From: an uncultured Ruminococcus sp.
Lineage (GTDB): Bacteria; Bacillota; Clostridia; Oscillospirales; CAG-272
DNA: 64,000 bases
Direction: 5' to 3'
Assembly: GCA_964494135.1 (NCBI GenBank)
Contig: CAZBQN010000001.1
Location: forward strand, 78,412 to 142,411
The translations under genes and the position numbers were made by a program. The notes below the pieces were generated by a model. The model had not been told where the DNA came from. It did not search any database and saw only the letters and a list, made by a program, of their open reading frames with translations. This document shows positions 1 to 10,038 of this stretch, piece by piece. Each line of letters opens with the position of its first letter. Positions within the stretch are counted from its first letter, which is position 1.

Positions 1-147
1 GTCGTGCTCGACATAGTCGACAATATGAAAAGCGGTGATATTTCGGCTTCGCCGAACAAGTCGCGTTCAAGAATCGGCAGTCCCTGCGATTTCTGCGATT
101 ACAAGCCGGTCTGCCGCGCTTCAAAGGAAAGCTCGTGGCGTCCTTAA
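1..147 (+). CDS. 3' end of a PD-(D/E)XK / AddB-like nuclease gene (partial, runs off the window start)
   Basis: Frame 1 is open from base 1 to TAA at 145-147. The tail ...SPCDFCDYKPVCR carries the Cys cluster typical of the C-terminal Fe-S nuclease domain of AddB-type subunits. Confidence 0.4.
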   Translation, partial: VVLDIVDNMKSGDISASPNKSRSRIGSPCDFCDYKPVCRASKESSWRP

Positions 148-357
148 CTACCGCCTGCCGGTCGCAGGCTGCCCGAAAATACCGCTACGGCGATATATCT
201 TCCCTGCCCTCCGTGCTCACAGTTAAATCATTGCAGATAATTCAAGTGACTTTACAGGCAGGAAAAAGAAATAAAGTTTTGTGCAGATTGTCCATTGGAC
301 TTTTTCCGGAAAATGTGGTACAATTAAGGCGAAAAGAAAAATGAAAGGTCGAAGGAT

Positions 358-852
358 ATGCACAAACCGGGAGATTTGGTGCTTTGGAGCACCGGAGTGA
401 TGAAGATTGCCGATATACGCGAGGAATCCTACTTCGGCACCGTACGCACCTACTACGTGCTTGTAAATCCAAAATCCAAAAGCGACTCCGAGACGCTTAT
501 TCCGGCGGATAACGGCGAGCTGGTTTCGAAGATGAGACCTTTGCTCACAAAGGAAGAGCTTATCCGTGTTATCAGCGAGGCAAAAAAGCTTCCGCCCGAG
601 AAATGGATCGCAGGAAGCCGTGCGCGCACCGAGGCTTATAACAAAATAATTCTCTCGGGCGACCGATGCAGACTTATCACTATGATACGCGCCATCGACG
701 AGGCGAGCACTGCACGCCGTGCCGAGGGAAAAAAGAGCTTTGTTTCTGACGACAACCTGAAGAGAAAGGCTGAAAAGCTCCTCTTTTCCGAGGTTTCCGA
801 GGTCTTGTGTATCCCCGAAGAACAAGCCGCCGATTTAATAAAATCGCTGTAA
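358..852 (+). CDS. CarD/CdnL family transcriptional regulator
   Basis: 164-aa ORF. The N-terminus (GDLVLWSTGVMKIADIRE...YYVL) looks like the CarD_CdnL_TRCF RNAP-interacting domain, followed by a helical C-terminal domain. Confidence 0.75.
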   Translation: MHKPGDLVLWSTGVMKIADIREESYFGTVRTYYVLVNPKSKSDSETLIPADNGELVSKMRPLLTKEELIRVISEAKKLPPEKWIAGSRARTEAYNKIILSGDRCRLITMIRAIDEASTARRAEGKKSFVSDDNLKRKAEKLLFSEVSEVLCIPEEQAADLIKSL

Positions 853-879
853 TAGCCGCGCCGTTCAAATGAATAAAAT

Positions 880-930
880 ATCTATCTGATATTTTTGCCG
901 ATAACGTGAAAATAACAGATAGATTTTTTT
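880..930 (+). terminator. Rho-independent terminator after the CarD-like gene
   Basis: 9-bp stem ATCTATCTG (880-888) / CAGATAGAT (916-924), followed by a T7 run at 924-930. Confidence 0.55.
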
Positions 931-991
931 GCGTAAGTACTTGATATTTCTCTGTTTTTTTCGGCTATCATAACATTGAATATTAGATTAG

Positions 992-1213
992 TCGAAAAGT
1001 GAGGCTCTGATAATTATCATTGAAGACGCCGGGACGCTTTATCCGATTGAAATCAAGAAGCATGCCGACCCGACAAAAAAGGATATTGAGGCCTTTGATT
1101 TGCTTTATAAAATAGGCGGAGTGAAGCGGGGCGAGGGAGGCGTTGTTTGCCTCTACGACAATCTTATGACACTAAAAGAAAATGACCGGATTATTCCAAT
1201 CAACTACATTTAA
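992..1213 (+). pseudogene. 3' remnant of a DUF4143-type AAA+ ATPase gene
   Basis: Open frame with no start codon. It encodes ...IIIEDAGTLYPIEIKKHADPTKKDIEAFDLLYKIGGVKRGEGGVVCLYDNLMTLKENDRIIPINYI*, which matches the C-terminal end of DUF4143 ATPases. The N-terminal roughly 300 aa are missing. Confidence 0.55.
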
Positions 1214-1273
1214 AATTTACTCGGGCATAAACTGACAAAAAGCAAATAGCTTTCCATAGGTTCAGCTCCGCAT

Positions 1274-1326
1274 AAAAAAACAGGCAGAGAGCCGTGCAAA
1301 AAACGGTCACTCTGCCTGTTGTTTTT
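1274..1326. terminator. Bidirectional terminator (groEL 3' end)
   Basis: 10-bp stem ACAGGCAGAG (1280-1289) / CTCTGCCTGT (1310-1319), flanked by an A7 run upstream and TGTTTTT downstream. Confidence 0.6.
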
Positions 1327-1393
1327 CCCTTTAGTGGGCACCCGTGCTGTATTTCAAGCGCGTTTTACACCCTCATACCCGGGAGACGAATTA

Positions 1394-3037
<1,644 letters not shown>

Positions 3038-3086
3038 TCATACAAATTGTTTGCCGATTGTTTAAAATACAGTTATGCAACCGTAT

Positions 3087-3374
3087 TTATTCCTCGACTA
3101 CCGCGAGAACGTCCGACTGGCTGACTATCTTATAGTCGACGCCGTCAAGCTTAATCTCGGTACCCGAATACTGAGAGGTGATAACCTTGTCACCCTCTTT
3201 GAGAGTCATGGTGACGGTCTCACCCTTTACAATGCCGCCGGGTCCTACCGCAACGACGACGGACACCTGAGGCTTTTCCTGCGCAGAGCCGGGAAGAAGT
3301 ATTCCCGCCTTGGTCGTTTCCTGCGCCTCGACCTTTTTCAAAACCACCTTATCAAATAAAGGCTTTAATTTCAT
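3087..3374 (-). CDS. groES: Co-chaperonin GroES
   Basis: The internal start gives MKLKPLFDKVVLKK... (95 aa), the typical GroES N-terminus. A GGAGGA RBS lies 6-7 nt upstream. The longer ORF (to 3434) has no support. Confidence 0.93.
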   Translation of the reverse strand: MKLKPLFDKVVLKKVEAQETTKAGILLPGSAQEKPQVSVVVAVGPGGIVKGETVTMTLKEGDKVITSQYSGTEIKLDGVDYKIVSQSDVLAVVEE

Positions 3375-3439
3375 AAAATTCTCCTCCATTTTCTTTTGCG
3401 GCACCGGGCTTTTCGCCCCGCCGTATATTGTCACGACAT

Positions 3440-3468
3440 ATTGTATACTATCGAATATTAAAAATCAA
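3440..3468 (-). promoter_or_regulatory. Putative sigma-A promoter of groESL
   Basis: On the minus strand: TTGATT (3468-3463), 17 nt, TACAAT (3445-3440). No CIRCE inverted repeat is visible in the leader. Confidence 0.45.
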
Positions 3469-3568
3469 TAGTTATTTTGTTAAGAAAAAACTTTTTTGGA
3501 TAAATTTAACTTAACAATTGCTTTTCCGGAACGGCTTTCGTATAAAATGCAAACCGCTCTCGCCCGGG

Positions 3569-4354
3569 TCAGGACATCTCCCGCCTGAGCTGCTCAATAA
3601 TCTTCTTTTCCTCTCTTGACACCTTGACCTGCGATATTCCCATAATGCGTGCGGTCTCTGTCTGAGAGTAATCTCTGAAATATCTGAGAATCACCAGCCT
3701 TCGGTGAAGGTCGTCCAGCTTATCGATCGCAAAGCGCAAAGCGATTTTCTCAAACACCCTGTGCTCATCCTCCGAGTCTGCCACCGTACTGCCGAGAGTC
3801 GGTGCGTCCTCATCAGACGACATCGCCTCGTCCAGCGACTTTACCGGTGCCTCGGAATACAGAGCCGACGCCGCGTCCTGAACGCTTATTCCCACAGCCT
3901 CGGCAAGGGAAGAGAGGTCGCAGGGCTCACCGTCAGCAATCCGCCTCTCCCTCTCGCGGTTCAGAAGCAGGCAGAGCCGTTTTTCCTCCCTCGACACCTT
4001 GATAGGTCCGTCATCACGGAGAAAACGGCGTATCTCGCCGAATATCAAAGGCACGGCGTAGGTGGAAAAGGCAAAGCCCCGGTCAAGGTCAAAGGTATTG
4101 ATAGCCTTGACCAGACCCATGATACCGCACTCCACAAGGTCGGCGGTATCCGCGTTGCGTCCCGAAAATCTGCCGACGATACTGTACACCAAGGGAGAGT
4201 TCAGGCGTATCAGCTCCTCCCCTGCCGCCCTATCTCCCGCGCGGTGCCTTCTTATCAGCTCCGGGTTTCTGTCGAAACCGCTTTTTGGCTGACCGTCCGG
4301 CTTTTCTTCATCTAAATTCTTATTTAATTCTTTTAATTCCATTAAGAGCACCAC
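3569..4354 (-). CDS. sigF: Sporulation sigma factor SigF (sigma-70 family)
   Basis: Sigma-70 regions 2-4 are recognisable. It is the third gene after spoIIAA and spoIIAB, which is the canonical spoIIA operon order. The exact start is uncertain (M1 or M5). Confidence 0.85.
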   Translation of the reverse strand: MVLLMELKELNKNLDEEKPDGQPKSGFDRNPELIRRHRAGDRAAGEELIRLNSPLVYSIVGRFSGRNADTADLVECGIMGLVKAINTFDLDRGFAFSTYAVPLIFGEIRRFLRDDGPIKVSREEKRLCLLLNRERERRIADGEPCDLSSLAEAVGISVQDAASALYSEAPVKSLDEAMSSDEDAPTLGSTVADSEDEHRVFEKIALRFAIDKLDDLHRRLVILRYFRDYSQTETARIMGISQVKVSREEKKIIEQLRREMS

Positions 4355-4360
4355 GGACGG

Positions 4361-4801
4361 TCAGGGCTTCAGATTTTTCCTCATCAAGACGGTAGTGCCT
4401 TTTCCTACCTTTGACTTTACCGACAGACTGTCTGTAAAGCTCTCCATAACGAGAAATCCCATACCGCACCTCTCCCCCGGCTCTCCCGTGGTAAACATAG
4501 GCAATCTCGCCTGTTCCACGTTCTCGATACCGCAGCCTTTGTCGGATATTTCCACCGAAACCTCGCGGTTGTCGTAAAGCCTTACGGATATGTAAATATA
4601 ACATGGGGTGCCCTCTCTGCCGCGATAGGCGTGTACGATGCAATTCGTCACCGCCTCGGAGACGGCGCATCTGATGTCTCCCAGCTCCTCTACCGTGGGA
4701 TTGAGCTCTGCCACGAAGGCGGAAATGCACGCGCGGGCTACGCTCTCGTTGATGCTGACGGCAGGCAAACGCATTTTCATTTCATTTATTATTTTTTTCA
4801 T
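4361..4801 (-). CDS. spoIIAB: Anti-sigma F factor (serine kinase) SpoIIAB
   Basis: 146-aa HATPase_c-type protein (EAVTNCIVHAY...GMGF) sitting between a STAS gene and a sigma factor gene. Confidence 0.9.
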   Translation of the reverse strand: MKKIINEMKMRLPAVSINESVARACISAFVAELNPTVEELGDIRCAVSEAVTNCIVHAYRGREGTPCYIYISVRLYDNREVSVEISDKGCGIENVEQARLPMFTTGEPGERCGMGFLVMESFTDSLSVKSKVGKGTTVLMRKNLKP

Positions 4802-4825
4802 TTTCTCATCGGCCTTTCATAAACA

Positions 4826-5158
4826 TTACTTTCCCTCGTCTGTTATGGACAGATTCTTAACCCGTTCAAGCCCGGACAGCCTTACCAGCTTATACAGCGT
4901 GGGCGTAAGACCTCTCAGATTTACCGCACAGCCGACCTCGCCTGCCGTTTCAACTCTGCCTAAAATCAGCGCAATTCCCGAGCTGTCCATAAATTTGACC
5001 CCCGAGAAATCCAACACGAGCAGCTTAGGTCTTTGTAAAAAAAGCTCGCCGTCTATCCTCTGTCTTAAGTGCCTTGCGGTGTGGTGGTCAATCTCGCAGG
5101 ACAGACACGCCACGAGAGTACCGTCTCTTTTCACAAAAGTAATGTTCTCCCTTTCCAT
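4826..5158 (-). CDS. spoIIAA: Anti-sigma F factor antagonist SpoIIAA (STAS domain)
   Basis: 110-aa STAS protein with the phosphorylatable-serine motif (FMDSSGI). It is the first gene of the spoIIA operon. Confidence 0.9.
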   Translation of the reverse strand: MERENITFVKRDGTLVACLSCEIDHHTARHLRQRIDGELFLQRPKLLVLDFSGVKFMDSSGIALILGRVETAGEVGCAVNLRGLTPTLYKLVRLSGLERVKNLSITDEGK

Positions 5159-5380
5159 TTTCTTTTCCTTCCCCGAGCGGTATCTGCCGCCTCATTTTAT
5201 TTACAAACGGAGTATACCACTCTGCCCGGCACGAATTTTGTCACAGCACGCCGTATATCTTTTTTATTAAAGTTTTTTGTTCGCCCTCCTTTCATTTACC
5301 GCGAATTTTGCCCCTTCGCTTATTTCCTCACCGCACTTACCGCCTCACCTTCCTTTCGGCTCCTTCGCCTTTTTCATCCC

Positions 5381-5722
5381 TCAGTCTAAAAGATGGAGCT
5401 TTCTTGCAATGTTCAGCTTTATCTCCAGCTTTCTCTTTTTATACAGCACCTCCGAGGCACACGGGATTTCGGAGTAGGCGTACCCGATTTTTTCGCCTAT
5501 CTCCCTTATGTATATTTCGGCTTCCCTATCCCCTGCCAGCTCACGGGCTGCGTCCAGCATTTTTCCGTTTATGTATGCATATTCCATATTCGTGCGCTTC
5601 CCGACGCTGCCCTCTCTTATGGCATCCCGTCGTCTTTCAAAGTCGCGGCAAAGGGCACGAACCAGATCGTCAAGCGAGGAAGTATAGCCTATCTGACGGT
5701 ATTCTAAGCTCCAAGTACCCAT
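5381..5722 (-). CDS. Small hypothetical protein with a sigma-region-4-like / phage late-regulator-like C-terminus
   Basis: 113-aa ORF overlapping the upstream gene by 19 nt. The C-terminal ...ASEVLYKKRKLEIKLNIARKLHLLD resembles HTH tails of RinA/ArpU/DUF1492-type regulators. This is recognition only and has not been searched. Confidence 0.45.
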   Translation of the reverse strand: MGTWSLEYRQIGYTSSLDDLVRALCRDFERRRDAIREGSVGKRTNMEYAYINGKMLDAARELAGDREAEIYIREIGEKIGYAYSEIPCASEVLYKKRKLEIKLNIARKLHLLD

Positions 5723-6063
5723 AACGTGTCCTCCAGCTCCCTCTCAAGCATATCGAGACTCGCTTTCAGTCCGCGCAATTTCTCCAAAGTATCCTGTGCC
5801 TCGGTTACTGCCTCTTCCAGCCTAACTACCCATTGCTCCGGCTCCCTGCCCGCCTGCTCGGTCATTATCTCGGACAGCAGGTTTCTCACGTTGAGCATCT
5901 GCTCCATAGTTTCGAGCTTGCCCTTAACCTCATAAATGTCACGCACTATTTCCGAGGGGCGGCGATACAGCACGTGACCCTCACCCTCGTATGTACTTCC
6001 TTTTGTATAGACCGTAAAAATCTCTCCTTTCTTTATATTACAAAAAATAAATTCGTCACGCAT
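5704..6063 (-). CDS. Hypothetical coiled-coil protein
   Basis: The ORF track starts at a TTG (6087). The ATG at 6063 (MRDEFIFCNIKKGE...) is more plausible. It is divergent from the S24 repressor gene. No family was recognised. Confidence 0.4.
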   Translation of the reverse strand: MRDEFIFCNIKKGEIFTVYTKGSTYEGEGHVLYRRPSEIVRDIYEVKGKLETMEQMLNVRNLLSEIMTEQAGREPEQWVVRLEEAVTEAQDTLEKLRGLKASLDMLERELEDTLWVLGA

Positions 6064-6104
6064 AAAGTTACAAATTCCGGAATACAATGTAGTATTTGTA
6101 ACTT
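6064..6104 (-). promoter_or_regulatory. 11-bp perfect inverted repeat immediately upstream of the 5704-6063 start codon
   Basis: AAGTTACAAAT (6065-6075) / ATTTGTACTT-type partner ATTTGTAACTT (6094-6104), with an 18-nt spacer. It lies in the predicted 5' UTR next to the ATG at 6063. Confidence 0.5.
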
Positions 6105-6116
6105 GTTACGTGACTA

Positions 6117-6146
6117 TTCTAGCATACAAAAAGTCACCTGTCAAGT
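6117..6146 (-). promoter_or_regulatory. Putative sigma-A promoter for the two small minus-strand genes
   Basis: On the minus strand: TTGACA (6146-6141), 17 nt, TAGAAT (6122-6117). The -10 is embedded in the 11-mer TATGCTAGAAT, which also forms the opposing promoter. Confidence 0.5.
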
Positions 6147-6175
6147 GATTTTTTCAAAAAAGTTCTGAAAAACTA

Positions 6176-6204
6176 TTGCAATATTCTAAGTGTTATGCTA
6201 GAAT
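6176..6204 (+). promoter_or_regulatory. Putative sigma-A promoter of the S24 repressor gene
   Basis: TTGCAA (6176-6181), 17 nt, TAGAAT (6199-6204). TATGCTAGAAT is the inverted copy of 6116-6126. Confidence 0.5.
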
Positions 6205-6374
6205 AAAGATGAAAAAAGTCGCTTAATCGGTGACTTGGAAAAAAAACGCTATTTCTTAACCGAATAAAACCGTACGCCCGTAAGTATCGGGATAGGTGAC
6301 GGGAAGATCACACACTGCCGGGCAAAAAAACCGGCTGAGTAACGTATCTGACGAATACGAACAAAGGAGAGATT

Positions 6375-7010
6375 ATGAAGCAAGGGAGACTTAGGGAGCT
6401 GCGCAAGGAAAGAGGGCTGACGCTTGACGCGCTGGCAGAGCTGGTCGGTACAAGCAAGCAGACGGTACAGAGATATGAGACGGGTATCATAAACAATATT
6501 CCGAAGGAGAAAATAGAAGCTCTCGCCGCCGCGCTCGGAGTAACTCCCACTCTCTTGATGGGCTGGAGTGACGAGGATAGCGAGCCTGCTCCCTTTTATT
6601 ACAAAAACATCGCCAGAGTTTCGGTCAAAAGACTGCCGGTGCTGGGAGCTATCGCCTGCGGAAAACCCATACTTGCCACCGAAAGTCACGAAAACTTCGT
6701 CACCGCCGACGGCACCCTTGACGCCGATTTCTGTCTGTACGCTCAAGGTGACTCTATGACCGGAGCCAGAATTTACGACGGCGATATAGTATTCATACGC
6801 TCCCAAAGCTCGGTGGACAACGGCGAGATTGCCGCCGTCATTATAAACGACGAGGCGACCCTGAAGCGGGTGTATTACTATCCCGAGGACGGTAAGCTGA
6901 TTCTTTCACCCGAAAATCCGCGCTATGCCCCCTTGGTCTATATCGGCGAGGAGCTGGAAAGTATAAAAATCATCGGCAAAGCCGTAGCTTTCCAAAGCAG
7001 GATTTATTGA
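6375..7010 (+). CDS. XRE-HTH + S24 peptidase repressor (LexA/CI/HdiR-like, self-cleaving)
   Basis: 211 aa with an N-terminal HTH_3 domain (LTLDALAELVGTSKQTVQRYETG). The C-terminal S24 domain has the Ser (GDSMTG) and Lys (ATLKRV) dyad. The putative cleavage site is IA-C/G-KP (Cys-Gly, as in UmuD). Confidence 0.85.
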   Translation: MKQGRLRELRKERGLTLDALAELVGTSKQTVQRYETGIINNIPKEKIEALAAALGVTPTLLMGWSDEDSEPAPFYYKNIARVSVKRLPVLGAIACGKPILATESHENFVTADGTLDADFCLYAQGDSMTGARIYDGDIVFIRSQSSVDNGEIAAVIINDEATLKRVYYYPEDGKLILSPENPRYAPLVYIGEELESIKIIGKAVAFQSRIY

Positions 7011-7103
7011 AGGATTAAACTGTAGATATTTTCTATTGTCATAAGATTTGTGTCATAACATACTATTAGAAACATATCTCATTGAAAAATATTTTTTAAA
7101 ACC

Positions 7104-7143
7104 AAAAGGGCGAGGAGTTATAAGGCTTTTATCCTCGCCCTTT
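7104..7143. terminator. Bidirectional terminator
   Basis: Stem GGGCGAGGA (7108-7116) / TCCTCGCCC (7132-7140), flanked by AAAA and TTT. Confidence 0.6.
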
Positions 7144-7501
7144 GCTATGCGTGAATTTATAGAGATTGCAAGGCGCACAACTCTTATCGGTTCGGTGCCC
7201 ACCCTTTCGATTTATTCTGACACGGCTAACTTTTCCGACATCTTTCCACGGGCGGCTGACCGGAAAAATCCCCACTCACCAAAGGGGGCAGATTTTGCCG
7301 ATATGACCGGAAAATTCTTCCGGTAAATACGTGAAATTTCTTCGTCCGACACATGAAAAATCTGCATGCAATAATAAAGAGTATAATATAAGGCAATAAT
7401 AAAAAACAACAACCACAAAAATAAGAACGCGCACGCGCGAGAAAAATACGGTTTTGATTTTTCTTAATTAAAAACACGCCCCTCGGCTACACCTCGGCAC
7501 A

Positions 7502-8149
7502 TCACAGGTCGGAGAAGAAGATGATCTTCAGCCTTTCGACACTCTCCGCGCAAACAGACAGAGAGTACCGTCTGCCCGACAGCTCCAGAATTTCGGTGTG
7601 CAAACCGTCTGCCTGCAGCTCTCTGCCCGGGACAAAGGCGACGTCATCGCCGCGGGCTTTATACGAAGCTTCCTTTTTCGTCCATTTTTGTATCAAAAAG
7701 TCGACACGCTCCCCGTCCGCCAGCCTTTCATACTCTCTATACTCCGCCTGAGTCAGGGCGCGCCGCGGGAAGCTGTCCGAGCGTGGCTTTCGTATCAGCT
7801 CGATGTCAACACCCACCTCGGAGCTTGAAACAGCCGCGGCACACGCCCCTTTTGTATGCGACAGGGAGAGGTTGAATCTGTCCGACACCCACCTGCCGCA
7901 GCTCATTCGGGAATAATCCGCCCTGTCAGCCGGTATGCCGAGGGCTATTTCAACTCCTCGCTCCAAAAGCCGCCAGGCGTAGCCGCTCTCCCTTGCCCTG
8001 TCGCGGTTTTTCAATGCGGAAAGGTATGAGATGCGCGAAGGGCAGATAACCTCGGGTAAATCATCCCCGTCTGGAATCTCGGATACAAAGACGAAAAGAA
8101 AGCTTTTTTCCCCGTTTTCAATATCCGTCTGAATTTCCTTGACCGTCAA
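7502..8149 (-). CDS. 4'-phosphopantetheinyl transferase (Sfp type)
   Basis: 215 aa with the PPTase motifs GVDIE and (Q)KWTKKEASYKA. No carrier-protein, NRPS or PKS gene is nearby. Confidence 0.8.
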   Translation of the reverse strand: MTVKEIQTDIENGEKSFLFVFVSEIPDGDDLPEVICPSRISYLSALKNRDRARESGYAWRLLERGVEIALGIPADRADYSRMSCGRWVSDRFNLSLSHTKGACAAAVSSSEVGVDIELIRKPRSDSFPRRALTQAEYREYERLADGERVDFLIQKWTKKEASYKARGDDVAFVPGRELQADGLHTEILELSGRRYSLSVCAESVERLKIIFFSDL

Positions 8150-8373
8150 GCCATCACCCCCTTTTTACAGCTTTATTTTATTGTAGCACATTAAGGGTGA
8201 AATTACAAGAGCGAACGCTGTCAAGGGCTTCTCATTTATTATATAATTTAAAGGAGATATTCTCCCACCATTGCCCGTTTGTATTTAATTTTAGGTTATT
8301 ATCCCCCCACTTTATTTGGTAAATCTTTGTATTATAGGTTTTTAATCCCCACTTTTCTTGTTTATATTCAAAT

Positions 8374-9150
8374 TTACTGCATATATTTTTTCAGCTTTTC
8401 GATTGCGCCCTTTTCCAGCCTTGACACCTGTGCCTGGCTGATGCCGATTTCATCGGCGATCTCCATCTGGGTCTTGCCCTTATAAAAACGCAGGCGGACG
8501 ATATTCATCTCCCGCTCATTCAGGTGGGTCATGGCGTCGCGCAGGGACATATTCTCTATCCAGACGGATTCGGAGTCTGATTCATCCGACAGCTTGTCTA
8601 TGACGAACATCTTATCCTCGCCGTCGCCGTACACGCTGTCAAACAGGGATATCGGCTCAACGATAGCCTCCATAGCCTCGCCTACGGCGCGCTCGGTAAC
8701 ACCGAGCCTTTTTGCGATTTCGCCGAGCGTTGCCTCTCTCTGCTCGCCTCCCGAGATTTCCTCCTTGATTTGCAGGGCGCGGTATGCCAAATCCCTGACC
8801 CCTCTCGATACTCTTACCGCATTGTTATCACGCTGATAACGGCGCAGCTCTCCGATAATCATCGGCACCGCATAGGTGGAAAACTTAACGTCCATATCTA
8901 GATTGAAGTTATCAATCGCCTTTATCAGTCCAATACACCCAACCTGAAACAGGTCGTCGCCCGAATCGTGCTTCGGATTAAACCGCCCTGCCACACTCAG
9001 AACAAGTCTGAGATTGCCCATTATCAGCTCCTCTCTCGCCTCACGGTCCCCTCCCTGTGCTCTTTTCAGAAGCTCGCGCTTCTTTTCCTCTGACATAGTC
9101 TTTAGTGTCGAAGTATCAATGCCGCAAATTTCAACCTTGTTAGTTCGCAT
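8374..9150 (-). CDS. sigG: Sporulation sigma factor SigG
   Basis: From the internal start, MRTNKVEICGIDTS...GNLRLVLSV...DDLFQVGCIGLIKAIDNF...KFSTYAVPMIIGELRRY...GISQAQVSRLEK is near-collinear with Bacillus SigG as I recall it. The longer ORF start at 9180 is unsupported. Confidence 0.88.
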   Translation of the reverse strand: MRTNKVEICGIDTSTLKTMSEEKKRELLKRAQGGDREAREELIMGNLRLVLSVAGRFNPKHDSGDDLFQVGCIGLIKAIDNFNLDMDVKFSTYAVPMIIGELRRYQRDNNAVRVSRGVRDLAYRALQIKEEISGGEQREATLGEIAKRLGVTERAVGEAMEAIVEPISLFDSVYGDGEDKMFVIDKLSDESDSESVWIENMSLRDAMTHLNEREMNIVRLRFYKGKTQMEIADEIGISQAQVSRLEKGAIEKLKKYMQ

Positions 9151-9390
9151 TTTCACTCCAATCAGAAATTTTCGTGACAAATTGCAGGAAAAATGCCCAA
9201 AAACACGACACGCCCCCTGCCCTGACCGACAAATCTATTATTGACCGGCAGAGGCGAAAATACTCTGACAGAGGCGAATTTTGTTTTTAAAATCTAGGTT
9301 GACTTTTTTATAGAATGCAGTATGCCGTATGCATAAGCTTCCGCTGATGAAAAGCAGAATGTTTTTTAAGTGTTTCGAAAGAAATTCTAT

Positions 9391-9888
9391 CTACTTATAT
9401 AAATTTATAATTTCTTTTTTCTTTTTCGTCGCGTATTCATAAGCAATTTTTGTGCCGCTGTTACATCTTGACGGAAACGCGCGTTTTTTAAACTGCCGCT
9501 TTATGGGCGGAATATAATCTTCATTGTAATAAAAGGCACAATACGTAGAATTGTCTATCATCTCACAGTTACGCTCTACGTAAGAATATTTACCTGCATT
9601 TTCTATTTTGGTAGGAAAATACGTATCTTCGTACGATTTAAGCAAATATTCTTGATAAGTTTTATTGATATATTGAAAAGCAGACCTGACATACACTCTT
9701 TTTATGGCAGGATATATTTTTTTCAGTTCTGTAACAACCTCCAACGACAATCTGTCAAATTCACTATTACTGCCAAACAGAAAGGTTGTAACGCCCATAT
9801 TTATAAGTGTGATGACCGTTTCTTTCAGCGAGGAAACAAGCACCTCGTTTTTTTCAATAGTTCTATGACCTATAAAGCAAGCGTTCAT
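9391..9888 (-). CDS. SLOG-fold protein, DUF1273/YpsA-like (tentative)
   Basis: 165 aa with N-terminal CFIGHR...(G)SNSEFD...YP.IK.VYV, a pattern reminiscent of DUF1273. The gene sits in a visibly AT-rich stretch. Confidence 0.45.
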   Translation of the reverse strand: MNACFIGHRTIEKNEVLVSSLKETVITLINMGVTTFLFGSNSEFDRLSLEVVTELKKIYPAIKRVYVRSAFQYINKTYQEYLLKSYEDTYFPTKIENAGKYSYVERNCEMIDNSTYCAFYYNEDYIPPIKRQFKKRAFPSRCNSGTKIAYEYATKKKKEIINLYK

Positions 9889-10038
9889 ATTCTTTACCCT
9901 TTTTCGTGGAATTCCACAAAAATTATATCTAAAACATTAAACAAAGTCAATATCGTGGAGTTCCACGAGATAATATTTTTAATTATTTCCATAATTATTT
10001 CATGAAATACCTATAAGGAATACCCCGAAGGTGCGTAT

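Noticed and set aside
5159-5380. Search for Spo0A boxes or a sigma-H promoter upstream of spoIIAA
   Set aside because: Only weak partial matches (TTCGCCC, AAAGGAG) are present. They are not good enough to call.
6249-6806. 185-aa minus-strand ORF
   Set aside because: It overlaps the S24 repressor gene antisense, and it has no RBS or motifs.
7212-7418. 68-aa minus-strand ORF with a hydrophobic N-terminus in the 360-bp gap before the PPTase gene
   Set aside because: It has a TTG start, no Shine-Dalgarno sequence and no recognisable family, so I cannot support it. The gap also contains an ACCGGAA-AATTC-TTCCGGT hairpin (7304-7322) of unknown meaning.
9151-9390. Search for a sigma-F/sigma-G type promoter upstream of sigG
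   Set aside because: GCATA and CATTCTA-like elements exist on the minus strand, but their spacing (about 10 nt) does not fit the 15-18 nt consensus. No promoter is reported.
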